The notes below the pieces were generated by a model. That model was not told where the DNA came from and made no database searches. It saw only the letters and a list, made by a program, of their open reading frames with translations. A stretch of DNA of 54,663 nt, filler included, from Catajapyx aquilonaris (Eukaryota): NCBI GenBank assembly GCA_000934665.2. It is 2 parts of 2 records of this genome, joined end to end, with 100 filler letters (N's around TTAATTAATTAA, not from the genome) between each part and the next. Parts side by side here need not be neighbours in the genome. Positions count along the whole stretch, not along the records: positions 1 to 27,286 come from JYFJ02005079.1; positions 27,387 to 54,663 come from JYFJ02005080.1. One strand, given 5' to 3'. The translations under genes and the position numbers were made by a program. Every line of letters begins with the position of its first letter. Positions within the stretch are counted from its first letter, which is position 1. Of the stretch, positions 26,049 through 38,400 are shown in pieces.

Positions 26049-27286
26049 TTAAGGGACAAATTTGACCCAAACTTTGCATTTTGTGACAAAAGTATGAAAC
26101 TCGGTACACTTGTTCTTTGGACACTTCTGATCATATCTGGACGTGGAGCCACGATGACCCACCCCGGTGGTGGTCCATTTCGCAGGGTTTCCATAACTAC
26201 CAGATGCAGCATCCTTTTAGGACCTTGTATTGGGTGACAAAAACATGAAACTCGCCACAATTGGTCTTTGGACACTTCTGAACATGTCTGGATGTGGGGC
26301 CATGATGACTGACCCCGCTGTGGGTCACTTGCAGGGCTGCCAGATCTAAAGGACCAAACATGCATCTCTGCGAGGATCATGTGAATTGGGAGCTTGCATA
26401 TGGTGATAAAAACGTGAAACGCGGTACGGTAGTTCTTCGAACACATCTGAACATAACTGGACGTGGGGTCACGGTGGGTGACCCCTGGTGGCCTCGCCAG
26501 GGGGTCACTATCGCGGAGTTGCCAAATCGAACATGTGTTGCACACCTTTACATGAATAAGGGCCTTGCATTCGGTGATAAAACACTGCTCAAACATGAAA
26601 CTCGCCCCAATTGGTCTTCGGACACTACTGAACATGTCTGGAAGTGAGGCCACTAGGATGACCCCGCTGGGGGTCACTCGCAGGGTTGCCAGATCTAATG
26701 GGCTCTCTAAGTAAACTATGTGAATAGGGAGCTTGCATTCGGTGACAAAGACGTGAAACTCGGTACAATATAGTTTTTTGCACACTTCCGAACATATCTG
26801 GACTTGGGGACACGATGACCCACCCCGGTGGAGGGCACCATCATGGTGTTGCCAAATCTAACAGACTGTGCAACATGCGTTTATATTTTGATAGGGAGCA
26901 TGCATTTGGTGACAAAGACGTGAAACTTGGTAGAATTGTTCTTTGGACACGTCCGAACATATCTGGACGTGGAGCCACGATGACCCACCCCGAGGGAGGG
27001 CACTATCGCAGGGTTGCCATATCTAACAGAATGTGCAACATGAGTTTATATTTAAATAATGAGCGTGCATTCGGTGGGTCATCGTGGCTCCACGTCCAGA
27101 TATGTTCGGAAGTGTCCAAAGAACTAACGTACCAAGTTTTATGGCTTTGTCACCGAATGCAAGCTCCCTATCAAAATATAAACGCATGCTGCACAGTCTG
27201 TTAGATTTGGCAACACCATGATAGTGCCCTCCACCGGGGTGGGTCATCGTGTCCCCAGGTCCAGATATGTTCGGAAGTGTGCAAAA
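26049..27286. repeat. About 167-bp tandem repeat array (about 6 units forward, then inverted from about 27075)
   Basis: GTGA(C/T)AAA...TGAAACTCG recurs near 26082, 26234, 26402, 26573, 26741 and 26908. 27075-27286 is the reverse complement of about 26775-26990. Confidence 0.9.
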
Positions 27287-27386
27287 NNNNNNNNNNNNNN
27301 NNNNNNNNNNNNNNNNNNNNNNNNNNNNNNTTAATTAATTAANNNNNNNNNNNNNNNNNNNNNNNNNNNNNNNNNNNNNNNNNNNN
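27287..27386. other. Artificial assembly spacer
   Basis: 44 N + TTAATTAATTAA (stops in all six frames) + 44 N = 100 nt. Confidence 0.97.
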
Positions 27387-28230
27387 GATTGTGTCTGTTC
27401 TCTGATTTTTCCCGCCTCGGGTTGACTCGACTGCAAAGATTTCAGTACAGCTGAACCTGTGCTACGTTACCCTAATTTGTGCCAAATTTGGCAACAATCT
27501 GATAATATCAAGGAAAGGTCAGTGGCAGTTACCGACATGACCTCTTGTCTTGGTTGACCGAGCAGACATGAAACACAGCTTATGCCGGCTTTCTGATTGC
27601 CAATTGTGTTTTGTTTTATAGTTTAGGCATAAGTTAAGAACAGCCCACATCTCATGTGCCAAATGTGGGTTCAAGAGTTGTCCCAACGTTGCATATTCTA
27701 ATGCCCAGATAGCAACAGTTAAGAGCTAGGTGGTGGTGACGACAACACATGGAGCCCAAATTTTGAGTCCACCTTTTATTGGTCATGGTGGCATATGTTA
27801 TGAAAACATTCATGGTCATAACCAAATACTTGTGCATAGCTGAACATTGTTGACCTGGGTGTTAAAATTTTGTACTTGGCAACTCAGATGATCATGGAGG
27901 GGTATAATTTTGAAGAAGTTCTCCTCAGGATACAGGATTTCCGACGACAGCAGCATGTGACTGTCATTGATATGAAAGGATCTCAATTTGCACATGTAAT
28001 TTTCTGTGTCAATCCTGTGTGTCACAATAGACCACATAAGTTTTGTTTTTTTTTCTGATGGGTTATGTCAACCAAAAGAGAAAAGAGTTAATGGTCTTTT
28101 ATAATTACAAAAGGTACATGTACAATGTAGTGCCCATTACAACCAGGGTCCCACTCTCTATGACTAGTTTGTAAGTAACCGATTCCCTTTGTACATGGGC
28201 AAATCCGACGAATTGGTTTTTCTTTGGGTG

Positions 28231-28965
28231 TTATTTTTATTTATTTTTATTTATTTTCCTTACCCCGGTGGGCATGGTTGCCATTGGGGGGAAACAGCTG
28301 CCAGGGAGATACATTAAGGAGAACCAGTAAATTAACACATGCGCACAGGACGTTGACATGAAAGTTAAATAGGTTGTAGTGATTTTCTGTAGTAAGATCA
28401 TTGGTCATTCTAATCAAGTTGAGACCCGGAGCAGGTGGGAATGCTTGTAAAAATCTACTTCGGGGTGTGGCTAATGCCGGACACTGATAAAGTATGTGGT
28501 ATAGGTTGAAGGGTTCATCGTAATTGCAAAGATCGCAGTGTTCTTCATCACTTAACTTCAGAGATTGCATGTTAATTCTAATAAAGGTGGAGTTATTTTT
28601 TATATTGATAAGCATACGGGTTATTGGAAGAGGTAAGGAGCCTTGGAGATATTGCGTCGTATTCGTCAAACCATGCCTCTTTATAACTGCCATATCTGAA
28701 GGTGTTCAAAAGTTTCGCCAAATCCGCCTGAAAACTATTCGCCGCAAGTTGTTCAAGGTAGCCCTTGATGTCAATATCGTTTATCTGGGCAAGATCTGTA
28801 GCCGAGATTGCAAGGTGTTTCAAGAACTGGTCTATCCAGCACATGCGTGTGGTTTGGCCCGTCGCCAAGATTTGACTTCTGATGTATGCCTTGTGGGGAA
28901 GGGTTTCCTCATCAGCTCTGTCAAATTTAAACAGGAATTTAAATAACGATTTAATTATTCGTGGC
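28231..28965 (-). mobile_element. 5'-truncated non-LTR retrotransposon (C-terminal region with CCHC finger and A-rich tail)
   Basis: RIIK..FKFL..DEETLPHKAY, then HCDLCNYDEPFNLYHILYQCP after a frameshift. (AATAAATAAA)n tail at about 28231-28257. Confidence 0.75.
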
Positions 28966-28969
28966 GTCA

Positions 28970-29686
28970 CGTTCAGGACACCGTTGCACTTGAGAAATTG
29001 AAGGCTCTTCTTCAAGAAATCCATCCATCTATGTAGCACTTGGCAGCACTCATCAGTCGCCATATACTCACCTGGTACTGGCTGAGCCGGCAACATTGCA
29101 GTTCAAATAGGGGTGGTTCGTGTGAAGGATAAGAGAGAGGTAGCTTGAAGTTCAGTACAATTGGTGGCAAGTGAGAGATGTTCTCATCTGCATATCCACC
29201 TGGAAGTTCAAATCACCGGTTAGTCAGAAACCCTTAAGTAGGGTCACGTCATGGATCTGGGCAACGTAACTTGTGACCTCGGCTGGTATTTAATCTCCGA
29301 TCCATGTGATTAATTTTAGAATGCCATTAAATTGGTGTAAATAGTGTAATAAACCGATTGATAAGAAACGTGAAGATGATACTACAGTAGTTACGGATTA
29401 TAGGTATTTGCAAGCACTGAACCCACTCGAGCACGACTGTGCACGAGTGTGTTGTTTCCGTACCTGTTTGTCTGCTTCTTTTCCACTTCAGCTTGATGGT
29501 TGGACCATCAAGTTTAGGCGTTACGTGGATGTCCCCAGCAAACCACCCATCAACAGAGCCACGTTCTAGCTGAATAACCACCTCTTTGTTGAAGAGGCTC
29601 TCCATCAATCTCACAATTTCTGCATTTTGCAAGCCTTTGTTGGTGGTCAAGGCATCGCATCGGTCTGAAAGTGCAAAGGGTGACAT
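28970..29686 (-). pseudogene. RNF14-like RWD-domain gene fragment with introns
   Basis: Exon to 29464 (QNAEIVRLMESLF..GDIHV), GT-AG intron 29463-29200 with CTAAC branch point, exon 29199-29072 (ISHLPPIVLNFKLPLSYPSHEPPLFELQC), then VLHRWMDFLK. These match the RNF14 RWD motifs LPPLVLNFELP.DYPS..PP and VLF.WM.FLK. Confidence 0.7.
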
Positions 29687-29699
29687 AGGTACCACAAAG

Positions 29700-30805
29700 T
29701 GTCCAGTTTTCTGTTTTCTCCACTGGCTCCTTCCATAACAATTACTTGGCATACGTATGCCTACAGCATGGGCTGTACAACCAAGACTGATATTTATCTG
29801 ACCTACTCCTTGCAATGTTTTGTGGGTTACTTTGTTCTCCTCTTTGTCTGATTGAGGACAATTGACGAATAATATCAGGGGATGCTGTATGTTGTATAAC
29901 CATTGGCCACTGTCAGCTATTGACACGAACAAAGGCTCGGGATTAATTACTATAGCCTTTTCGCAGCTTGCATTTTGTTCGTTGAGCCCAGAAAACAGTG
30001 CAAAGAGACACGATGTACTAGGGGTTCTTTCGGCTTGCATAACATTACAGGTCCTAATTCACATGTTCTTAGGTCCACCTCATTAGTTTCGATGTAGAAC
30101 TGTCTATCCTTTGACACTGCAAACAACTCGTGTTTTGGTTTTATTACTGCCATTGCTCTGGAATTATTGATAGGAGCGGGGCACGGAACTACCTTATACA
30201 ACGCAAAGAAATCCTCGTAAGCCTTTAACAGGATTGTTACAATCATTCTGACTATTTGATTCATGGGTAACATCAAGACTTTGGCCCACCTGTAATACAG
30301 CGGGGATAACTAAATGTAATCCGTTGGGTAATAGTGGTTGCATTTCATTTAATCTCATTAAAAACTCCAATGGCTCCATTAATCGCTGATGAAATTTGCC
30401 TTCAATATTGTTTTTTGAAAGATTTGTTCGGTTTCATCTACAGCCTGTCTTCCTTGCAATACTGCAGAATGGATAAATCTGAAAGTCATACTAATAGCAT
30501 GCAGTTCTGAAGCTCTCTCAGCGTGGCCCCATGCCATAACATGCTGGGCCTGTAAGTACTTATTTAATTTATCATGCAGTTCATGCGAAGCGTCTGTTAG
30601 CTTCACTACACCCTGTGCATTTCCTTTTATACTCTCTGAAATTATGGTAACTACAGTAGTTTGTAGATCCTGCAAATGGATTATTTCTCGCGGGTCGTCT
30701 CTCAATTTATTTATGCGTCTTGTAATCTTTTGAATATCCCTCTTGAGTACTCACCCCAAACATACCCTTAAAGGAGGGTTCCTCCAAAACTGAACAACCC
30801 TCTTA
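29700..30805 (-). pseudogene. Baculovirus-F/errantivirus-env-like envelope fusion protein, frameshifted
   Basis: Cleavage site and fusion peptide R|GLFSFGGTLL/KGMFGVSTQE/DIQKI (reconstructed over two 1-nt frameshifts), a heptad region, F.LYKVVPCP, DLRTCELGPVMLC, SCLFALF, QWLY, LQGVGQINISLGC. Confidence 0.8.
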
Positions 30806-31236
30806 CAAATTCGAATTACCAGTCACATTCGCACCACACTGTAAAAGGAGAATGAATATAGGTTACTCGCTCACTCAAAAAACTCGTGATATATACAGTA
30901 CGTTACTTACACGATGACTGATTGCCATATATAACACGACAATTAAACCGTAAATCTCGCTGAGAACCATGACCTGCACTTCTAATTGTCCGATGACTTA
31001 TGACGTGGGGGCATATTATGATTAAAGTAGATACATATCCGGCTATTAGAGTCCACCATCCTGCCTGACTTGTTAGCCAAACGGAAACAAAAATATCTGC
31101 TTCAGCCGTCCGAACCTGCAAGACAATTAGATTACGTAATGCGGTCATTGTCGCGTCATCAACTGTAACTAGACCTCCGGTACCTTCTTCAATTGACCCC
31201 AAATAAGGCAACCGGTTGCAATGGTTGCAAATAGCC
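30806..31236. repeat. Interspersed repeat A, copy 1 (copy 2 at 45992-46455, partial copy 3 at 47829-47899)
   Basis: Near-identical from CAAATT.GAATTACCAGTC to GCAAATAGCC. Copy 1 lacks a ~30-nt segment present in copy 2. Confidence 0.95.
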
Positions 31237-32319
31237 CGCTAATTACACCAATTAGCCCGGCGAACACCCACACTGCAAGTACAGTACATTATTATCAGTC
31301 ACATAAGAATGTAAACGGACAGATACGGTATGTATACAGGATCCATTAGACTTACAACTGGCGTCCTTCCTCATTTTTAAAACGTGAATGGCGATATCGG
31401 CAGCTTCTTCACAATCGACACCGTCAATTTCGTCCGGTAACAATGAAAGTTCTTTCACCGCTCTTGCTATCATTGTCGCCGCTATGAGTCCCACCAGGAC
31501 CCACTAGAAAGAAAGGATCATTGGACAAAATTTGTTACATCGGGAAGAGAAGAGAGAAAAAAATAACATGTTATATTATTACCAAGTGTAGAAAAGCAAT
31601 GATGATGGCACATTGTCTGCTACACATCGTCGGTTCACACGAATACACACGACAAGAATGCAATGCGGGACAAAAAAAGGCAAAATAAATCGGCAAAAAA
31701 GATGTGTGTCAGGTGACACACAAGGTATACAAAGAGACACTAAAAGTGTGCCAAACTGCACAAATAAAAATAAGCAAATTAGTTTCCACTCGTTATCCTT
31801 TATTGCCCAGTAATTAAACCATTACATCATGAGTTCATTACAATAAGGCAATACTCAAGAAATTAATGAATACATTCAAACACATACGGAGCAGCCAGTG
31901 AGCATGCCACTGCGTGCACAGCACTGTAATAACATAAACCTCTGCATAATAATAAAACCCTCACAACATAAGTGAGGCTAATTTGGAATATCGGTTTAAT
32001 GTGGAATACATGAATATCTCTGTAAGCATTACCCTCACATCTATGAAATTAACTTGAAAGTTTCTTCTCCGTGTGAATGAATCAGCCCCACTGTGGAAAG
32101 TTCTTCAAACATCACAATAGCTTCACAAGAGCAATGGATGCCATTCGTGCATGTGTGCACTTCTGAGGAGGCTGTCGAAAAGCAGTTTGTTGCACTGATG
32201 CGGAGGTCGGGGTGAGTTCAACCTGTAGGTCATTGTTAACAGTGACAAACAGAGTATCTTGTGGTCTACAAACGTTGTGGCTATTTGTTTTGTTTCTGTT
32301 GCAAATCAGCTCTAAACAA

Positions 32320-32760
32320 AAGTGATCAAAGACATCACTCAGCTTGTCCAGTGTGACACCTGCTGCAGCCATCTTGGTTATCATGCCCGTAGAAATATGG
32401 TCAGCAAGTGGTGCAAGGCCCATTGCAGTTTGGGTCTTCTTGATATTTTCTTGTTGCATGAGCACAAAGTGTGGGAGTGGAACACAATGTCCGAACAATA
32501 CACTGTCAACATTACAAGAGTTGCATACACCTTCAAGGGCCAACACGTCTGGGCTCCGCTTCGATCGTATTCAGGAAGGTATTTCCGTGCTATAGAGTAC
32601 ACATTTTGTTCGTGGGCTCCTTCTGCCACTTTGTCCTCTTTGTGGAGAGATGTCATCACAACAAGTGTATACACAAGACTCCCACACGACACTTTCAAAG
32701 CTCTCGATGAACCGTTGTTCTTCATGGCATCCATGAGTATATCATACATATTTATTTAGT
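32320..32760 (-). pseudogene. PML/exuperantia-like DEDDh exonuclease fragment with C-terminal helical domain (TE-associated)
   Basis: SLVYTL.V, ARKYLPEYD.SGA/..ALEGV and ISTGMITKMAAAGVTLDKLSDVF resemble the DTL / AH.AL.DV / IS..MA.KIA.SGL...HL pattern. Frameshifted. Confidence 0.5.
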
Positions 32761-32859
32761 ATACCCTGCGAGGCCTAAACTCTGTATGATATGCTGTACA
32801 GCCATGAGGTAAAACAAAAGACCCTTCGCCCATTATAGCTAAATGCGTGCTATTTCCTG

Positions 32860-33290
32860 GTTTGCAATTGCACAGTAGTGGCGTCAATGCAACGATTGAA
32901 CACCTGTGTGTGAAAGTACTTCCTTTCATCCGTCAACCGTTCGTCTTGGGCGAACTCGTCAAAATGTTTCTTAGTTTCTTTGCTCTTTTTCTTGTAAATT
33001 CTGGTTTGACGTTCCACTCCCCTGCCTTCTTTGTCGCGTCAACAACTAGAGCATCAAAATTTCCCCTCATTGAAGCCATTCCGTCCAGAGCGTCCTTTAC
33101 TAATTCAGCGGTTTTTCCAATATCAGCTCCTGGTGACTGTAGTATTTTGGATGCTATATTAATTTTTGACAACATTTTGTACATCATAAAAATTAAAATG
33201 ATTGCATCAAAACTTTCAAAATCTTTCTGGAGAGCCGCAGCCTCATTCTGTTCCTCCTTATTGCGGCCAGTCAGTGCAATGTTTGGTGAG
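32860..33290 (-). mobile_element. hAT (ZMYM1-like) transposase internal fragment
   Basis: EAAALQKDFESFDAII..MYKMLSKINIASKILQSPGADI..A, KRAKK..HFDE, F...VFNRCID...QLQTR. Confidence 0.85.
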
Positions 33291-33309
33291 AAAACTATAT
33301 TTAACGTTG

Positions 33310-34370
33310 GGGGAATATGGATACTCCCAATCGGCATCGTCTCCGGGCTGCGCCGGTTCCCTGGCGTGGTCCCGATTCCGTCGGTTCATCATGGCCCTGA
33401 TCCGTTCTGGAAGTTGCACGGATGAATCTTCTTGCGGCTGGGCGGTTGCGACTTGCTCGTTCGGTACCCCACGCTGACTGCGAGCGTTGGATCCGGAGGA
33501 CCCCGGATCCTGCCCGTCCAGTTCCATGGCACTAGGGTCGCTTCTTCTTCCGCCTCTTGCTGCCGGGACCGCGCGCCCCACGGAACGGGTGGTGTCTCGC
33601 TTCGGGTCCCGCTGGCCAAAGAAACGAGCGTAGTGGTCCCGGAGGCCTCCTTGTGGGCTGCGAGGGTCTGGTCCGACGTCAGCCTGACGTACGGGAGATG
33701 TCTCCTCTGCCACACTCTGCAGCTCCCAAGTGGTCCAGAAGTCACCTCCTGGCGAAAGGGAGCAGGAGCCCACGGCCGTACGATCATCGAAGTGTGCACG
33801 GAATAGTGATACCATTCACCCTTGTTGAATGATCTGAGTTCTTTTAATACCAAAATAAAAGTGGATCGACTTCAATTAATAACAACACTTGGTTTTAATT
33901 CTCGGGTTGGATTTACATTGGTTGTGTCTAAAAATGAGTGTTACATTGACTCGTCTACGGGATGATCACCACCACGATAGTACACACAAATGAACGATAC
34001 TCTACTGTCTTGGGGCATCCTCTATCGGTGGTCACCAGTGGACTTCCTTCCTTCCTTTCTTCCTTCCTTCACGGCACTTGGCTCCAGCACCTCCTCACTA
34101 CCTCTTCATGACTAGACTGTACTGCACACACTGCCCTCTCGTCGCTCCAGTTGTTCCTTTTATGCCCTCTGTTTCTCCAGCTCTTCGTCATCCTCTTGGT
34201 CAATCCCCCCTAGCCAACGCCCCGGAAGGATTGCCCTACATGGTCTTACATGGGCATGCTGATACATCATAGTCATTGTTCTTTAGTAACCGCTGAGTAG
34301 GAGCGAAAGTCACATTTGTTGCTCCTACGTGATACTATCTAGTTACACTCGTTCAGTGGTCAATAACATC
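33310..34370 (-). mobile_element. Possible LTR + PBS + gag N-terminus of an LTR retrotransposon
   Basis: GC-rich, low-complexity ORF 33258-33815. It is preceded on - by TGGTATTAAAAG (degenerate PBS-like) and a ~500-bp non-coding segment with TATA/polyA-like motifs. LTR ends not confirmed. Confidence 0.4.
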
Positions 34371-35284
34371 ACCCTAATGTTAGGCTACAATGAACTCTGA
34401 AGTTAATAATGAATTACTTTTGCCATATACACTTTATATATGGGTAAAATATAGGCGGGTAACATAGAATCTCCAATCGGCGATGCGGTGAGTTGACCCG
34501 CTGTCAGCATAGCACATTTTCGCTCAACTGTCCTACTACGTCGGTGTCTTCGTCTTCAACAACTAACGACCCCAGAAAGAATATTAGTTGGAAAGTCATT
34601 AAAATATTCAGTGACATTTTAAGTAAGATATGGAAAATTAAAATTGTTACAAGTACATAGTCAAGTTCAGCAGTTTCTTTATTGTTAGCCATTATTGGGT
34701 TTCTTTCGATCCATTCGTGCTTTTGAGCATCGCAGCCACTCCTTGAGGGTTTTCTCAACTTCCTTGCAAGTTGCATCCTTGTACACTACATCGGAGTCTT
34801 CTTCACCGATGCTGGAAGAAGAAACATGAATTAAATGGCATGACACATTAAATCATTAAACCTTCACCAAAATTGAAATGTGTGTGTGTGTTTTTTTTGT
34901 TGAAAACAATGTAGGTCAAAAAAAAGGCCAAAGAGATAATAAATACAAACAGATATTTCCAAGCCTGTCCCATGTCTTCATAAAATCTCACCAAGAATAA
35001 CCGATGTCAAAGGGAGATGTGTGCAAGTCCAGGAAACGTATTTTGCGTCTCAGGTCTCAATAAATCCAGTGAGACGCTTCAAACGTACGTCATACCGTTT
35101 GAATTAGCGTATGGATATCGTCTGAAATACCGTCTGAAATAATGTTCCACTGATGTAACCGTCAGGCGTTTCACACAATGATACACAAATGTTAGAACAA
35201 TGATTTACTTACACTTAATTTCTCCCAATTTTTTGTCTGGAACTCTTTCCATTTTTACTATACTTTTCATTAGAATTGAGGCAA

Positions 35285-35456
35285 TGATAGGTAAGGCTGG
35301 ACGCGGCTGTGGCCTATAATTACGGTAACGACCCCGGAATTATCCTGCGATGGCCATGGGAAACCACAGAAAACCATGATCAGGGTCGCCGGCCTCCGGG
35401 ATTTGAACCCAGGACCTCCGATTAGCAATCGGACACCATACCACTACTGCTTCGGC
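35285..35456 (-). mobile_element. tRNA-derived SINE
   Basis: On -: GCAGTAGTGGT (A box) ... GGTTCAAATCC (B box), followed by GGTTTTCTGTGGTTTCCC, typical of arthropod SINE bodies. Confidence 0.75.
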
Positions 35457-35473
35457 TGATTTATTTACATGGT

Positions 35474-38400
35474 TCACACATTTTTATAATGGCCAATAGC
35501 TCGGGTCATCTTCCCATCATGCAAAATATGGCGCTTGTCATCAAACGCATTTAGAGCAATTTTCTTAGTAGTAACAGTATGTACATTGTGATCCTTACTC
35601 CTAATGTTAGTCATGGAGCAATATTCTGTGGTCTGCTGTTCAAGTACTTTTCTATATACATTGTGCGTTAGATGTGAGCGACTCTTTTTCCCCACTCCTT
35701 TTGCGGTGGCCTTGTGTGTCATATCCACCATCTCCACTGAATAACACTTAGCTCGCAATCCAACAAAACTCTTAATAATTTCTTCACTCATTTCATCCTT
35801 AAATTTACCAGGGACTTTCTTATTGGTTACATCATGGAGGCGGTGGGTGGGTGGGAATTCTGACAGATCAAAGAGATGCTTATGCTTCAACATGTCCTCA
35901 TAGACATCACTTCCGGTCACATGAATCAGAAAGCTGTCAGTATCGGTGAAACACAATTCGCACTTCTCACCGTACAAAGGAATCAAGTGATTATAGAAAA
36001 AATTGTACATAACCCTCTTGGCCGCCTCCAGAATGCAAAATCCAATAGCAATGGGCTGGTCCAGCACCACATTAATCTTCTGCTTACTCACCAGAACCAA
36101 ATCCGCAGCCAAAATGTTCAAATTCTTAAAACTAGGTTTCTTCATCACTTTTTTTTTTTGCTCTCTTCTCACTCGTAATTAACTCCATATTGACATACTT
36201 TCTGACAGATTGTAACATCTTGCCGTAAATTGAATTATTTGCCAATTTGAATAGACTTTTTTCAAAGTCATTCTGGGCAGCCTTCCTCAAACTTGAATTC
36301 AGGTCGATATAATTTTTCTGCACAGGTGCTTGCTCAAATTGAAGAATTCTGTGGACTTTAGAAAGTTGCAGGCCATGTTGGACATACATCTGCAAGTTCC
36401 TATAATCCACAACATAGTTTCCTTTATCAAGTAAGTTTGGTATCAATTTCTCATTAAATTTGGCATGAGGAAGTGACCTCTGAAAGTTTGATATATGCTC
36501 ATCCTTCACACACATTTTCTCGGGGGCCATTGGGAAATGGGAGTGTTTGTCATGCAGTTCTTTGGGATACTTCAAGTCAACTTCCAAAATATAGCCAATA
36601 GAACTATCATGCGGTGTTGCCATCACCTCATAAATTTTTTCTGTTGACACCCATTCATATCCTCCTATCGGCATGGGTAATGCCATTGCAAAACCATATA
36701 AATTGGTCGCATCGAGATATAATAAAATGGACTCGGGTTTGGATGGATCATACAAGTCACCCATGTAGCGATTATTGGCTTCAGCATACCGCTTGGCCAC
36801 CATGGCAACACCGCCTCTCAAGCCCCTTTCAATGAAGATATGAGCCCCAATTTCACCCCAGTCTTTTTAAACAAGTATCTAGAGAAAGACTGGGAAGAGA
36901 AATATAATGACACGGATCCAAATCGTAATTTAACTTACAGCTCTGAATTGTTGAAAAATGTCAGCCAATAATAATACGTCACTTTTCAGATAATGGTTGT
37001 GAAATTGACCTAAATCATGACACTTTGTCACCTGCCAGACCTTTTGGGCAAAACCATATTCTGCATCAGTAATTCCCTGATTGGTTAGAGAGGGAAAAAA
37101 ACCTTCCTTGGGAGGCAGACATGTTTCCTCAAATTTTTCAAAAGAATCCATATACTCGTAACAATATATTCCTTTTTGGTGGGCACAGTCCAGTACAGCC
37201 GGATCAGTTATGACCTGGCTAGTGATAGGTAGGTTAGAGCCACTTGCAACTAAATTTTTGACCAGAGTGTCCAAACTAGTACTCAAAAAATTGAAGGAGT
37301 CTACAAATACAATATTATTTAGAGTTAAGCAGGTGATTTGTTCGCTGTTTCTAGCTATTAAATGGATCTTATCTCCTTTCAAAGCCTTCACAATGAAATG
37401 TGAGTCATAACGGGTCCAGTTATGGAAAAAGACAGGCACTTTATCGTCCAATCGATATGCCACATTACATTTCTGGTGAGCCACACCCCTATCATTGCCG
37501 GTAACATGACAGTGATCTTTGACAATTACGTCATCAGGTGAGAATGGCTCCTCACAAATGTGGCAGATCGAATTGGCCACTGTGTCGTATTTCTATAAGC
37601 TTGTACTTTGGGTACCAAGTTCTTTACTTCACACTCTACACTCTCCAAAAATTTCTCAACACAATCACGGCCACGATAGAGCCAGAAGTTTACTATTTTT
37701 TCATTCTGATCCGCAATTACATAAGCTACCCCACAAGGAACATGCTTTTTCCCCTCAAATATACATTCTAGATCTGCATAAATTACATATGGCTTGTAAA
37801 GCTGCTTATGAACATTTTTGAAGGCCACAAAATTTTCTTTTGGCATAGATGTGCGCTGTGGGCCAAATTCAAGGCATCGAGCTTCATGCTCTGAACATTC
37901 TTTGTCGAACTTGTTTAAACAATATCGACAATAATAATAATTCATAGTATGATATGAGCCAGTCAGCAGGCGACTCAAGTGACTAATTGTTGCATAGTGT
38001 TGGTTGCCATTTTTCTCCAACAAGAGTAAATCCACGTGAGGGACCCCTCCCTGCATTTTTGTTACACGGATTGGGAATACAATATTTCTTTCAAATCCAT
38101 ATAAGTTTATGGATACAGCATTCAATTTTTCAAATTTAACCAAATCTGTCACCTTCACGGGATTTCCCATCTGTTTCAAACTATTCACTGCATCGCGATA
38201 ATGGTAAGCCTTGGAGGGATGGTCTTTCCCTGGTTTGAGTCCAGCAGCCACAGAATAGTACAAGCAAAGGTCATAAGGTGCATTGACATTAATTATGATG
38301 TGTTTTTTTGCTCGTTCAGGAGGTGTAGGGACATACTGACCACCTTCCCAGGCTTCATAAAGACCAATAAAAACTTCCATTGAATTAAAACTTATTAATG

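Noticed and set aside
26049..27286. CRISPR-like array or protein-coding repeat ORFs (e.g. 25958-26785, 26815-27204)
   Set aside because: Whole units are homologous with no unique spacers, there are no cas genes, and the context is eukaryotic. The ORFs are by-products of the repeat.
31252..31510. Exon-like ORF on - (LIAATMIARAVKEL...CIHT)
   Set aside because: Plausible splice sites, but no recognisable family.
35380..35456. tRNA gene
   Set aside because: A and B boxes are present, but there is no convincing acceptor stem and it continues into a SINE body.
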